Source: Flaccisagitta enflata | Lineage: Eukaryota | Length of the DNA: 64,000 nt | NCBI GenBank assembly: GCA_965153355.1 | Contig: OZ231126.1 | Span: forward strand, 12,214,001-12,278,000 | Reading direction: 5' to 3' | Part shown: one piece after another, positions 44,340-57,766 of the stretch | Layout: every line of letters begins with the position of its first letter | How positions within the stretch are numbered: the first letter of the stretch is position 1 | The notes under the pieces: generated by a model | What the model was told of the DNA's origin: nothing | Database searches by the model: none | Seen by the model: the letters and a program-made list of their open reading frames with translations, nothing else | Program-made: the position numbers and the translations under genes

Positions 44340-45448
44340 CGCAAATGGCTGAGTCACTTTTTTTGAGGGACTGTATGAGTCAAATACAGCGGAACAAACT
44401 ACACTGTGTAATGGTAACAATACCTCTTTTCCCCAATAATCTTTTTTGCACTCTAATTTGCTTACAACTTGGAAACAAAAAAAATCATCTCTCAAAAGGA
44501 AAAACTCTTGGAGATGTGGTGATGCGGCAAAATTCAATTCAAACCGGCGAAATTCGATATTCTTGCATGGATCCTTTTCAATTCCTAAAATGATGATTAC
44601 TGATTTTATTGTCGAAAGATTCTCTTTGATGGAATACTATATTTTTGCATAGATCTTTTTACCTGCAAACAGATGTATAAACAGATGTATAAACAGAAAA
44701 ATGATCATAAAAGGCTACAATTTGTCGACAGATCTTTGATAAATCTTTATGTATTTGAGTGGGTTTCTTTTTTTTGTCAGTATTCTTTGTTTTTTTTTCT
44801 AGTTATGAAGCATCTTCCAGGACATTCAGAGGATTTTTTTTTAAAGTAACTTTCACCAAAAAAAAACTAGGATAAATACCACCTCGCTTGATGCTGTTTT
44901 TTCTACTTCTCAAAACTGTCTAAAGCTATGTAGGAAATATTCTAATAGTTAGTCTTTTAGATAGATCGCTTATGCCTTCAGAATGATAATTGCTCTTTTC
45001 TATCCCTCTTCCTCTATTTTGAAAAGGCAGTTGTCAGTAACATTCCATGTTAATGGATAAGACACGGTTTTTTTAACAGATTTTCACTGCCACAGCTAAT
45101 TTTTCACTCCCTAGATAAATCGATCAGACACTTTAAATGAGCCACCTAGAAGTTGTGGATGTGTATTTTTGTTGAGAATTTGCATGGATATCTCATAGGG
45201 ATGACTTATTCAGAGTAAAAAGCAATAATATGTGGGTAAAAATGCAACTTTTTATAAAGAAAATTCTCTTTTATCACTAGACAAGCCCCACGAAAAATTC
45301 TTAATTTGCATAAAAAATATTAAAATGACTAAATCAAAAAACTGAAAACATGGCCCTTGTCTAAAGAGGTTTAAGAAGGGAGCCATGTTCTTCAAAATGC
45401 AAAATGCAAAAAAGCAGATTAAAAATTTTTCGCGAAACATCTTCACAA

Positions 45449-45604
45449 TTTTTAGTTGCGGACACGCAACTCTATAAGAGGCTTTGTCCGTCCGTTGGTC
45501 GGTTGGTTGGTCGGTCCGTGGTGATCAAGTTGAAAAGTGGGAAAACGCGCATTTCTGCCCCTGCCCAGCCGTCCGCAACTGATGGCCGTGTATCCGGCCT
45601 TGTT
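45449..45604 (+). mobile_element. Short DINE-1/HINE-like element
   Basis: TTTTAGTTGCGGACACGCAACT hairpin, (GTCC/GGTC)n, end GCCGTGTATCCGGCCTTGTT. Close relatives at 57990-58126(-) and 60669-60822. Confidence 0.8.
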
Positions 45605-47489
45605 ATCACTCAATTTTCAGTAAATCGTTTTCCTATTCCCTATCTTTTTCTCAGTATGTTGTTTATAAAACGTAACCCCGCAACGAATCTGGGTTGAAAG
45701 AGCGCGGTGATGTGATTACCACTCAGAATCAGCAGAGAAAAGCAATACTGTGAGGGGAAGTCCATGAAGTAGCGCTAAAATATGGCTGACAAAATTATCG
45801 CGCGATCGCGCCGAGTATGTCATAACTATTATTTTACTCTCCCCTGCACCTAACCTATGACTTTGCAGACACATACTATTCTGACCTTTCTCTCAATGCT
45901 TTGACTATCACCAAAATCACCTTGAAATATGAGAATTTGCCATCTTGTACTTTGCCTGGTTATTTTTTTTTAATTAGGCCCATGTTTCACTTCGCACTGT
46001 TTGCTGTCATTAAGTATCACTTTCACTGCTTATCCACACACGACTACACCTACCCACTTGAAAAAAAATGCATTAACTTTGAAGCGGTGCTGTTTCTAAA
46101 CGTTCAAAGCAACAACAACAAGATTGGTCCCATTTTAATGATAGTTCTAACTCATTAGCATGCGACCACTGTTTAATCTCATCTATTTCCCCCAACATTT
46201 ATTGCTCTGTGATAGACCACTCACTCACTTTCACTGTCTCTCAGTTGACCTTTGTGTCAGGACAGCTTTACAGGAAAAAATAGGGAAAGAGAAAAGTAAA
46301 GAACGCTGTCTCACAATAGCACCAAATTATATGTGTAGGCAATGAACGGATTGTCACAAAGTAGAAAGGAAAGAAAAAACAGAAAATAACAGAAAGCAAT
46401 TTAAAGCAAGTAAAAGGAAAAATTGGTACTGGAGGAATAAAAAAAAGAGGGATAGCAAAGAAAACAGAAAAGATGGGGAAAACAACTTTGAATGATAAGA
46501 GAGAGAGTGAAAAATAAAGGATAGATGAAACCTCATCTTTCTTGAGAGCCTTCCTTTTTTCCCTCCTCAACAAGCTTTGGCCGTCTTTTTTCGGCATGTG
46601 GTGGTTCTGTGATATGTTTTTGTTTATCTATCTGCAAACAGGCCCGCGTTATCTTATTGGATAAGGAAAATTTGAATGGGTTCATAAATCTAATTTGGCT
46701 CTTGAAAGCGGAGATTGAGTCTGAGTCGGTCTCCCATCCGATTTTCCACTTTTCAGATTTCCCTTTCCTTCATCTTTTGGGCAGCGGGCAAATCTGCGAG
46801 GTAAACCTAGATTGGTATGATTCCTTAAGTAATTATGTTGATTGATTTCTATGTTTTTTCTGATATTATGATATCATGATACAATATGACGTATGTCTAC
46901 CACCAAACCAGTAAAAAAAAGATTTCAACATTTTCACTGGAATTGTGGTAGACATTTGTCATGATGTAAGAAAAAACATTGAAAAAATAGTTTTTTGTGC
47001 TCTTTCCAATGATGCAATTCGCATCTTGCTACAATGCTCAGGAGGGGAGATATATAGGTTTCTTATGTTGCATTCCAAAAAAATCATACTGTAACTAAGT
47101 TGATTGATTTGTTGGTCCAACTGTTTGTCCATATGTTGGTCATTTCATTACATTTAACTTATTTTGTCATTATGGTTTCATGTAAGCAGTTTTTGATATA
47201 TTATTGATGGTTGTATCACTGCTCCTATTCATGTAAGCTTTGACATGGTTTTACCAGAACTACTTCAAACAGGTCTTATCCTTTTGTAAGAACAAAAATA
47301 AAAGTTTGCCAATTGGGCTATCCATAGAACTGAACAACACTTTCTTTTATTGATATCGGAATATATTGAGAACAAAGGGAGCGGCTTAGCACTGGATTTC
47401 TTCTCTCCATTATTCTGTTACTTCTCTTTTACTTTTGCCGTCATTTCTCTCATTGTCCGTCCTTTTTTCTATCTTTGTCTGTCTGTATG

Positions 47490-47580
<91 letters not shown>

Positions 47581-47691
47581 TTTTCGTCCGCCTGAAAAGT
47601 TGCTTCCTGTTATCACAAGGCAAAGGAAATTCTGTAATATTGGAAGGTTTCATTATTTCATTGTTTTCTTCCTTTAATCCTGTGCTTCTCC

Positions 47692-47796
<105 letters not shown>

Positions 47797-48132
47797 CTTT
47801 CCCTTGTCTTTTGCTGTCAAACAAAGAAACATCTGCTCCAAAACAGGATCTGCTTTCTCAAAACTTCCTTTGATCATTCATGCGTTGCTCAATAATTGTC
47901 CATGGTGTTTAATATCACTTTCTCTGTGACATGAAATGACTTTTTAACCTCTCCACCTTCTTCCTTTTGCCATTCTTCTTATCTTTCTCTGACAAAAGAC
48001 TAAAAGAGCAGTCTCTAAAGTCTCTGACTGTCTTCTTTATTTCTTTCTGTATCTCTGTCTGTCTTTGTCTGTCCATCTCCTTGTCTGTTTGTCCATCTCT
48101 TTTTTGTCCGTCTCTTTGTCTGTCCATCTCTT

Positions 48133-48221
<89 letters not shown>

Positions 48222-48365
48222 GTTTAGGTTAAGGATTTTCTCCTTGGTTTTCCTCCATTTCGAAACTTGATTAGTCTTGGATCACCTCTCTATTAGTTTA
48301 TCCAATGAATCAATTATGGCGACGGAAGCAAACTTAAGCAGCCAACTGATGGACCCACAGGCTTT

Positions 48366-48710
48366 ATGATGTTGACAGTGATACTGATCGCTGTATTCTA
48401 CCCACACGCACTCAGCATTGAACAAAAACGCCTTTGTAAGGTGTGTATTACTTGGTAGGGTTGAAAAGACAAGGGAGAGTAATAGACATTGAAGGGATGG
48501 TAAGCAACTTGGAAGAGGCAGGAAAGCGTAGAATTAGGGGGGCCATCATTGGGTGCTTTCATTTTGGGGTGAGAGGATGCATCTTATCCGATTAGGCGTC
48601 TCAATGAGGTTTCGAGATTCAGCTTCAAAGAGGAATTTTTCAGAGGTTCATAGTTTAATCGTGTTACGAAGTTGCCTTGCAATCATACCCACTTTGAACA
48701 TGATCGCTTG

Positions 48711-48796
<86 letters not shown>

Positions 48797-49018
48797 GAGA
48801 GAGAGAGAGAGATTAGAATGACAGGTTGACAGCAGGAAGCATTGATGATGCTTGTGGTGTTACACATTTTAAGCTGACGTTGCTGCTTTGTTTGCCTTGG
48901 CGCATATTTTTATCCATTCTCATTCTCCGCTCTGTAGGTCTTAGTAGTTGGTGGGTTCATCTGTACAATGCAAGACAATGGTTTGACTGATTTGAATGTT
49001 GCACTCAACAACGCATGA
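48366..49018 (+). CDS. Weak candidate two-exon small secreted peptide (48366-48440, 48938-49018)
   Basis: MMLTVILIAVFYPHALS-IEQKRLCK|gtgtgt ... ccattctcattctccgctctgtag|VLVVGGFIC..NNA*. Signal-peptide-like N-terminus only. Confidence 0.2.
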
Positions 49019-49066
49019 TTCTTGTATGAAGAATCTGATTTATTGTGTGTATGTGTGTTTGTGTGA

Positions 49067-49384
<318 letters not shown>

Positions 49385-49990
49385 GGCGTTCCTTTGACCC
49401 ATCCAAATTGAAGTGAATCTGATGATGACCGATAATCCTAAGAGGCCTTCAAGTTCATCTCTGCCAACTTTCGATATTCATCCTCCTTCCCCCTCAAGAC
49501 CCTTGTCAATGCTTGCTCCCTTTTAGGCACCCCTTGCTCCTCTTGCCATCTTTCATCAGTTCTGAGCGGTATGAGGGTTCAGCAGCAACCCATTTTAGAG
49601 GCCTTTATGGACCCCCTCCCCCTCTGCCTAACCCGTTTATAGGTGGAGACATGCAACTCTATAAGAGGCTCTGTCCGTCAGTCCGTTGGTCCGTCCATTG
49701 GCCTGTCAAAAAGTCAAAAAGTGGAGATACGCACGTTTTAGTAATTTTGGTCATTTTTTTTTGTATGTTAGATATATGTGGGGGCTGGGGTGTAAATAGA
49801 CCTGATAGGGGCTGGACGCCCCTGCCCAGCCGTCTGCAATGATATTGTGACCCCGCATTACTTGTTGACCACAAAGCAATGCACAACACACCACTGACCC
49901 TTTCCAGAGCTTACCTCCTGATGTACTCAAGACCCACTTCACCCATGCTCTAACCCCCTCCTGTCCACATTCTTTTCAGAAAACCACTTA

Positions 49991-50072
<82 letters not shown>

Positions 50073-51782
50073 CTCTCTCTTTCTTTCTCTCTCTCTGTCA
50101 GTAGTTGGGCTGTCATTTCTCCGATCAGGCATTGTGTGATCTTCTCTTCTGCTCCAGTCCTAGGCGCCTGGTCAAGAGGCTAATCAAGGGGATAGTATCC
50201 TAATCTCTTGTGCCCTTCTCAACTTACGACCTAATTTATCCAATATCGACTGTAAATCCCCAATTTCGACAAGAAGGCGGTCACTTTCATGTTTACATGC
50301 TCTCTTTACCAATGCCCATCACTCCCTACACCCCAAATAAACCGAATTCATGTTTGTATGCCCTCCCCAATGCTTATTCCTCCAACCACCCAACAACACT
50401 CCCTTACCTTACTCGACCTTGACATGCTTCCCCGATCTCAATGATAGGTGGAACAATATCCCTGACCATACCCAAACTGAAATTAATGGAAGAGGGCCTT
50501 TTGAACCCTCACTGACTATTTCATAATATTAATAATACGCCCACCACTTCAAGTTTTCCAAGAAACAGAATCTGAATCTCTAAATGCACCCCAGTCTCTC
50601 GACATTCCGCCTATTGTGTAGTGAAACCTTTAATGCATGTTCTCTTTTTAACCCCCCAAATTCTCAAAAAATCCAGCCGTTGCCGCGCTGATGTGTTCCA
50701 ACCTAATTATGCAGTGGCCCTTGCATCATTGCTATGTATCCGTGCCCGCACGCGACCTGGGCAGTTGTGTGCTTGAGTTTGGATCCGCCTATCATCTAGT
50801 CCTATTTGCCTAAACACCGAGCAGTACCCATCGACGTTGCCTTCTTATCATAGGCGGCCACTCCTTTCGTTGCTTGTCTGTCTATATCATACGAATCATG
50901 GGCGATTTAAGGGGCGAAACCAAATCCTAATCATCTGATATCATCTTCAACCTGTTCATTTGTCTGTTCATATTGTTCTCCAGTGGATCACATTTCTTTG
51001 TTTGGTCAGTCTTGGTAATTCGGGAATGATAACTTTTCCTCGATTGTGACTATTTGCTAAAAATACCGCTATTTGATACATGAAAAGAGTGAGTTTTGTT
51101 ATTTCTTATGATGAACTCCAGATCCATCCTATCGTGTTTCATTGGAGGTCAATAGGATTTATATGACATTTTTGTGCCTATTTCTTCTCAATTTGTTTCA
51201 TTTGATCGATCATTCTGTTTGTTAGCGTTTGATAAATATATTTGCTTTTCGTTGTTGTTTTCAGTTGCGGACACGCAACTCTAAAAGATGGTTTGACCGT
51301 CAGTCGATCCATCTGTCGGTCCATCCGTAGGTCCATCCATCCGGCAGCACAAGTCGAAAAGCGGAAATGATATGACTGCATGACATATACCCCCCCCCCG
51401 CCCTCCTCTCTTCAAATTCCTTTCTGGTCGTGCACCCGTTTCTCTGCTTTAAAAGCCCTATCAATTTAGCACCCTTATCCCCCCTTTTCTTCTAACCCAT
51501 TCCCAGTACTATGACACCCATATATCACCTTTTCTTCGAGCACTTTCCCAGTGTAGCACCCTTATATCCCTAATCCCCCGTATCTTAAAGGAAACTGGAT
51601 TTCGTTTTTTGAGAACTGGCCTGATTCTAGAAATGATTGATGGCCTAGTTGACTGTCAGAACATGATTGAAACATTCGTTCTCTTCGAAGCTCATACATC
51701 ACTCTCTTTTCTATCTCTATCCGCTTCTCTCTCTATCTCTTTCTCTTTCTATCTCTCTCTCTCTTTCTCTTTCTCTTTCTCT

Positions 51783-51823
<41 letters not shown>

Positions 51824-51878
51824 TCTTTCTCTCTTTTTCTCTCTCTTTCTCCCTCTCTTTCTCTTTTTCTCTCTTTCA

Positions 51879-51997
<119 letters not shown>

Positions 51998-52481
51998 CCT
52001 CCTCTCCCGTAACAGCTCTTCTTTTCGCGGGTTGGGCGATTTTTCCTTTCGCTCGTTTTAAGAGATAGAATTAAGCATTTCCAAGGCGCAAAGTTTGGTC
52101 GGTCCATCCGTCCGAATGTCGTTTGTCATTATGGGTACAAGTTGCGTCTTCAATTTCATGCATCGGTTCCCCTGCTCCTGCGCATTTATTAGTGTGGCCC
52201 TCTCCATCTATACCTCTGCCTGCCGATATGCCTCTACTGAGTCCTAATAATGATTAAGAAGAACCAAAATTTTTTTTGGAAACAAATGCATTTGTATATA
52301 GAATCTTTGATCTATTCGTGAAATGGTAAAATGAGAAAATAAACAGTGCATAAAAACCAATTATCTGTTCTGTCATTGTGTGTCGTCGTTCCGTCATTTT
52401 CCTGTCATCATGTCAACAGCGGCGTGTACACATGTTAAACTATTCTTTTTCATATCATCATTCCAATTTCATTTACGTTTA

Positions 52482-52935
52482 TCACGCTGATTTCAATTGA
52501 CAAACGAATCCTTGTCTCATGCCGCACGAATCGTTCCTCATTTCCATCACGTTTTTACCCCAATTTCTGGCTTTCCTGATTTCCACGCAATCGTACTTCT
52601 GAATGCGGGGATTGGTGACCGTTGGGAAACTCCTCATCCATTTGGGGTGCGTGGCTGGTAGATCGTTTCCGCTGTTCCATTCGTAGTCGTTCTTCATGTC
52701 CGATCCTCGAAGTTTCGCGCCCACGTAATAGGAGTTTGAACCCTCTCTCCTTGGCGGCTACGTCGAACCACGTTGGAGACAGATCCCGGGCCAGAAACCC
52801 GCCGCGGTCTTTACATTCCCGCTTCTCCCCGTCGTAGGTTTGATATTCTTTCAGACTCGATATCAGATACTTTTCGCCGCCAAACGTGAATTCCGTCCAT
52901 TTCAACCTCTCGATCTCTTTGACGGAATTTACCAA
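52482..52935 (-). pseudogene. C-type lectin-like domain exon with a 1-nt frameshift near 52737
   Basis: Acceptor caattccccacag|TTG. LVNSVKEIERLKWTEF..KYLIS..TYDGEKRECKDRGGFLA..ERGF / NSYYVGAK..YEWNSG..KW..P..DCV..RNDSCGMRQGFVCQ*: C-xxx-GG-x-LA, WIGL-like YVGA and terminal C..FVCQ motifs are split across two frames. Confidence 0.85.
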
Positions 52936-53106
52936 CTGTGGGGAATTGTAGAATCCAAATGCTATGAATATTGATAATTGGCAATTAATGCGTTGAATCG
53001 GAATTGTGGCAAGTATGCTACGTCGTGGCGTACAGAACATGAAAATTTCACTCCTGATTTTTTAATGAAAAACAATACAATAATCAAATTTAGAGTCTCT
53101 TCTCAC

Positions 53107-53112
53107 CACTAT
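53107..53112 (-). pseudogene. Stranded 3' end of lectin exon 1 (ATA GTG) with donor gtgaga
   Basis: Lies directly after the LINE tail; gives a 171-nt phase-0 intron to the lectin acceptor. Confidence 0.6.
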
Positions 53113-55725
53113 GAGTAGAGTAGAGTAGAGTAGAGATGTAGCGCCCCTAGACAGACCACACGGGTCCGATGGTGGGGGCCTCGTTGCTTGATTTATTTGC
53201 GCGATGGCGGATTCGTTCCTTCTAGAGATTCCTTTCCGTCGTCGTCTCTTCGCCTCCGCGCTGTCGAGTTTGATGAGACGCCCATTTATCGTAGGCGTTC
53301 TTGAAAGCATTTACGCTTTCCTTTTCTTTGACCCAGTCTGGAATTTCATTCCACTCCTTCGTTATCCGGACGCTGTAAAAGTTCTTCCTCGTCTCGAGCC
53401 GTGCTGTTTCCCCTTTCATCACATATTTGCGTCTTTTTTCTCCTTCCTCCGTTATCGTTGTGTTGCTCCTTGTCGGCCTCGCATCCTCCGACTCGAATGA
53501 GAACCATTTCTCCACTTGAACCCGGTTGAAGCCTTTAATTGTTTTGAAGGCTTCAATGACGTCTCCTCTTTCGCGTCTTTTCTCTAATGTAGTCAGACCA
53601 GCGTCTTTCAGCTTGTCTTCGTATGTGTCTCCTTTCACGTCGGAAAGCATTCGAACGAGCCTTTCTTGCACCTTCTCCAACTGTTTTTTGTCTTTCTCCA
53701 GCCACGGGCTCCATGCTGAGAACGCATATTCCAATTTCGGCCGAACAAACGTTTTGTAAAGTGGAACGAGGTAATCTTTTTTCCGGAAGTGGAATGCGCG
53801 TTGTATCTGTCCTAATGCAAAGTTGGCAGATCTCGCCGCTGATGTGCACTGCTTTCCCGGCTTCAGCTTTGCTTCAACAAAGACCCCCAGGTCTTTCTCG
53901 TCATTCGTCTCACTCAGCTCTTTTCCATGCATATAATATTTCCGTCGTGGGTTGTTGTGACCAACATGGATGATTTTGCATTTTTCCGCGTTGAATGACA
54001 TCTTCCACCTGTCCGCCCATTCAACCAAATTGGCGATGATTTTTTGCATCTTATCTCCGTCTTCCTCCTTTTCAATTGTCGTCGCCACTTTGGTGTCATC
54101 CGCAAACATTTGGATCAAAGCATCCTAAACCACTTTTCTGATATCATCAATAAAGATATCAAATAACGTTCCACCAAGGACAGAACCTTGGACCACACTG
54201 CTGAGCACGTCCACCCAGTCAGAGAACTGATCCTCCACTCTGACTCGTTGCCGCCTTCCACTCAACCAGTTTTTTAGCCATGCCAGTAGCTTGCCGCCAA
54301 TTCCAATATTTTTTAACTTCTCGATCAGTTTTTTATGACAGACCTTGTCAAAAGCCTTTGAAAAGTCTAAATAGACTATATCAAAGGCTTTTCCTTCATC
54401 CATCCATTTAGTTGTGACGTCCAAGAATTCAATCAGATTAGTCTGCGTCGATCTTCCCGTTCAAAAACCATGTTGTGCATCTGAGAGATGCCCGTTTTTT
54501 TCCGCATAGTTCATTAGAGCATCCTTAACTATGCGTTCCATCAATTTTCCTGCTATCACAGTCAGGCTTACTGGGCGATAGTTCGCCGGGTCAGCTTTGC
54601 TCCCTTTTTTGTATATCGGAGTGACCTCCGCATCTCTCCATTCGTCCGGGATGACTCCATCGTCCATCGATTGCCGGAAAAGACAAGCAAAAGGAACCGT
54701 AATTTCTTCCTTTAGCTCCTTAATCACTCTTGCCGAGACTTCGTCCGGTCCGCTAGCCGATTGTTCGTTCAACTTGTCAATTGCTGCTCCAATCACCTGA
54801 GGTGTGATGCATATGTCCTCCAAACGCGTCTCAATACTTGGTTCAGTTTCATCGGAATCCCCATCGCTTTTTGTGAATACTGAGGCGTATTGGTTGTTCA
54901 GCATCTGAGCTTGTTCATGAGGATCTGTCACCGCCACTCCACTAGCATTTTTCAATGGACCAATTTTTCCTCTCAACTTTTTTGCGCTGTTAATATATGC
55001 GTAGAAGGATTTGGGATTCGTCTTTCGGCATTTCATGATTTTTCTTTCTAATGCATTTTTTTTATTTTTGATCTTTTTTTTCACCTCTTTGACCGTTTTT
55101 TTATATTCCTCTTTGTCTGTTGCTCGTCCTGATTGCTTCATCTTTTTCCATGCATCTTTCTTCTTCTGGATACTTTTCTTCACTTCGTTGTCCATCCAAA
55201 GTGGCTCTTCAAGTCTTCTCATTCTTTTCATTGGAATGCATTTTGACATGAGATCTTTTATATAACCGCTTAGCATGATCCAATTTTCATTCACGGACTT
55301 CCCTCTCATCGATCCTTTCCAATCCATGTTTTTCACTGCATCTCGCATTTCTTGGAATTTTGCCTTTCTGTAGTCTGGAAGCGCCCGCTGAGTCGGTCCT
55401 TTGGGTCTATTTACACAAAGTTTGAAAGCTACGATGTCGTGGTCGCTTTTTCCTAGGCGCCCTTCCGTTGTCACCTCCGTAACCAAGTTTTCCTGATCAC
55501 ACAGTATCAGGTCCAAGATGTTGCCGCTTTTGTATGTGGCTTCCATGACATGCTGCTCCATAAACATCTCTGATGTGGCTTCGTAGAAGTTTCGGCCCTT
55601 TGATCCTGATGTTCCCATAAGCCAGTCTATGTCTGGAAAATTCAAGTCCCCGATTAAGACATTTTGTCCCTGCATTTCTCGTATCCACTTGCAGAGATCT
55701 TCGTCGTTTGATCTCGCCGAATTTG
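53113..55725 (-). mobile_element. 5'-truncated CR1-type non-LTR retrotransposon (partial APE endonuclease + reverse transcriptase)
   Basis: IGDLNFPDIDW, GNILDLIL, SDHD (endonuclease); NYRPVSLT, QHGF, YLDFSKAFDKV, VQGSVLG, FADDTK (RT). One continuous frame broken only by TGA at 54461-54463 and TAG at 54125-54127. 3' tail (CTCTA)n at 53113-53135. Confidence 0.95.
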
Positions 55726-55800
55726 AATTCTTTTCTGGGAGCCAAAAGTTGAAGCAACCAACGCGAAGGCGGTGAGAACGGCGTGGCCAAGTTGCATCAT
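55726..55800 (-). pseudogene. Signal-peptide exon 1 (5' part) of the C-type lectin gene
   Basis: caaaATG context; MMQLGHAVLTAFALVASTFG-SQKRI has a hydrophobic core and small residues at -3/-1, and stops where LINE similarity begins. Confidence 0.7.
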
Positions 55801-56053
55801 TTTGCGGTAGTTGTCCCCTAAATCTCACGGTTTGCCCCCCAGCACGTGCACAAAAATCCTGTTCAAAGATGAATTTTTGGGTTTGATTTGAATCATGATG
55901 ATGATGATGATGATAAAGTTTGGAATGATGATGATAAAGATTGGAATGATGATGATGAAGATTGTAATGATGATGACCACTTGAGTGACAGCAGCAGTTA
56001 CGCGCAATTACCTTTCTGGCTGAATGGTTTTTTTAAAATTTTCCAATCTCGTA

Positions 56054-56627
56054 CAGTAGATGTCGTCTAGACTTGAAAATACGGGGGAATTCATTAAAGG
56101 CAGACAGATAAACTTAAGAGACTGATATTTGGAATATAAACTAATAAAAGGATGCTATGTTGCTCATGGGTGTTGGTTGCTATGGAAACACATTTCCATG
56201 TATTCACGCTAGAGTATCAATATTTTGAGAATTTTTTTGAGGGAATATTGTTTAAAATAAAATTTGCTAAAATTTTCCCACAGTATGTTCTGTAAGAATA
56301 TCGCTCGTTTGGCGGTTGCTAGGGAGCATCACAGGGCTGTCACACATAGTCACGCTCCCTAGCAACCGCCAAACGATCGATATTCTTACAGAACATACTG
56401 TGGGAAAGTTGTAGCAAATCTTATTTTAAACAATGTTCCCTCAAAAAAATTCTCAAAATATTGATACTTTAGTGTAAATACATGGCAATGTGTTTCCATG
56501 GCAACCAACACCCATGGGCAACAAAGCATCCTTTTATTAGTTTATATTCCAAATATCAGTCTCTCAAGTTTAAATATTTTCTTGTAACGAATTCCCCCGT
56601 ATTTCCAAGTCTAGACGACATCTACTG
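56054..56627. mobile_element. 574-bp near-complete hairpin MITE, TA TSD
   Basis: TA|CAGTAGATGTCGTCTAGACTTG ... CAAGTCTAGACGACATCTACTG|TA; arms pair to a short loop near 56340. Confidence 0.92.
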
Positions 56628-56984
56628 TAACTGTTATCACTTACTGGATGGGTAAAGGATCAATGTAAGCTCTTGTTTGTTTACTAAATAGAAACTCGGA
56701 GGGAGTTCGTAGGTAGATTAGCCATGCTTATTATGGAAACAGTAATCGATTGATCCACACTAACTCCCATCTGTTGTACCGTCAGGAACACAAGTATGAG
56801 GGATGAATGAAATGATGATTTGTGACTTGACGAAAGAAAGTCTGAAAATAGGAATGACTACTAATAACAAGGCCGGATACACGGCTATCCTAGTTGTGTG
56901 CGGGTGGGCAGGAGCAGGAGAAGGTCACCAGAGCATTTGGGCAGGAGCAGTAGGGTCAAAAAGCTCGAAAACGCCGAAAAATTA

Positions 56985-57310
56985 AATAGTCGCAAAAGCG
57001 TTAGATATTCAGCGGTACCCGTGCCCTGCTCTAGTAGGTTGTGCTTGAAGTTGAAGGGGAAGCAGGGCAGCGACCCCAAAGGGGTCGATGACCTATGCCT
57101 TCTCACATATGGGGAATTTTCTCCTCCTCCTCCGTCCGTCTGTCCATCCGTCCATCTGTCTGTCTGTCCCTCCGTCCATCCGTACCTCCCCCCTGCACTT
57201 CGAGGCCCTAATTCTAGTCCCAAGACCCAAATCCCAGTCTCGTGGCCCAAATCCTAACCAAAAGGCCCAAATCCTAGCCTGGGGACCGAAATCCTAGCCT
57301 GGGGACCGAC
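56985..57310 (-). mobile_element. Partial F1 element within a short HINE-like element
   Basis: Reverse-complemented F1 tail AATAGTCGCAAAAGCG..CAGCGGTACCCG, then GGGCAGCGACCCCAAAGGGGTCGATGACC and 20-bp units. Confidence 0.65.
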
Positions 57311-57766
57311 CGACCGACCAACCAACCGACATAGTGACTAAAAATGTGACAGGTGACTGATAAAAATCAAAAGGATTTAATCCTTACCTCCCCCTCCTTT
57401 CTGGGCCAATATGTTATAGTTGAGAGAGATGAGAGATTAAGTAACAAAAAGAACAATCTTGTTTTGAAAATTTCATGTTGTACCAATAGACAGATGGATT
57501 AACAAACATACTCGTTTAAAGAGACGCAGAAATGCGTCTGCAAAGTGTGGCGAGTGACGAATCATTGTAAGCGCAATGGGTGACCAGATTAAGTCAATCA
57601 CCTCTCACATTGTTGACTAAAACGAGATTAAGAAAACCAAGGCCGGATATACGGCCATTGGGCGGGTCAGTAACAACGAACTTTGGAAATGCCAGTCAGA
57701 CATACGGCCAAAGTGTGTTCAAAAACAATATATAAGCACATGTGAAAGGAAAAAGGGGTAACACCA

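Noticed and set aside
45449-45604. tRNA-derived SINE interpretation of the short dispersed elements
   Set aside because: No A/B boxes, poly(A) tail or TSD; terminal hairpin, GTCC tract and T-rich insertion sites fit DINE-1/HINE-like elements better.
46642-46800. Exon-like segment cag|GCCCGC..GCGAG|gtaaac
   Set aside because: No recognisable product and no compatible neighbouring coding exon.
52730-52745. Programmed ribosomal frameshift in the lectin exon
   Set aside because: No canonical slippery heptamer, and the gene is already disrupted by the LINE.
54125-54463. Programmed readthrough or selenocysteine at the LINE in-frame stops
   Set aside because: TGA falls at the usual Arg of QHGFR (likely CGA to TGA) and the element is 5'-truncated; simple decay explains both stops.
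55726-55828. N-terminus of the 455-aa ORF as part of the LINE protein
   Set aside because: Lacks endonuclease motifs; another frame gives a clean signal peptide of the host gene.
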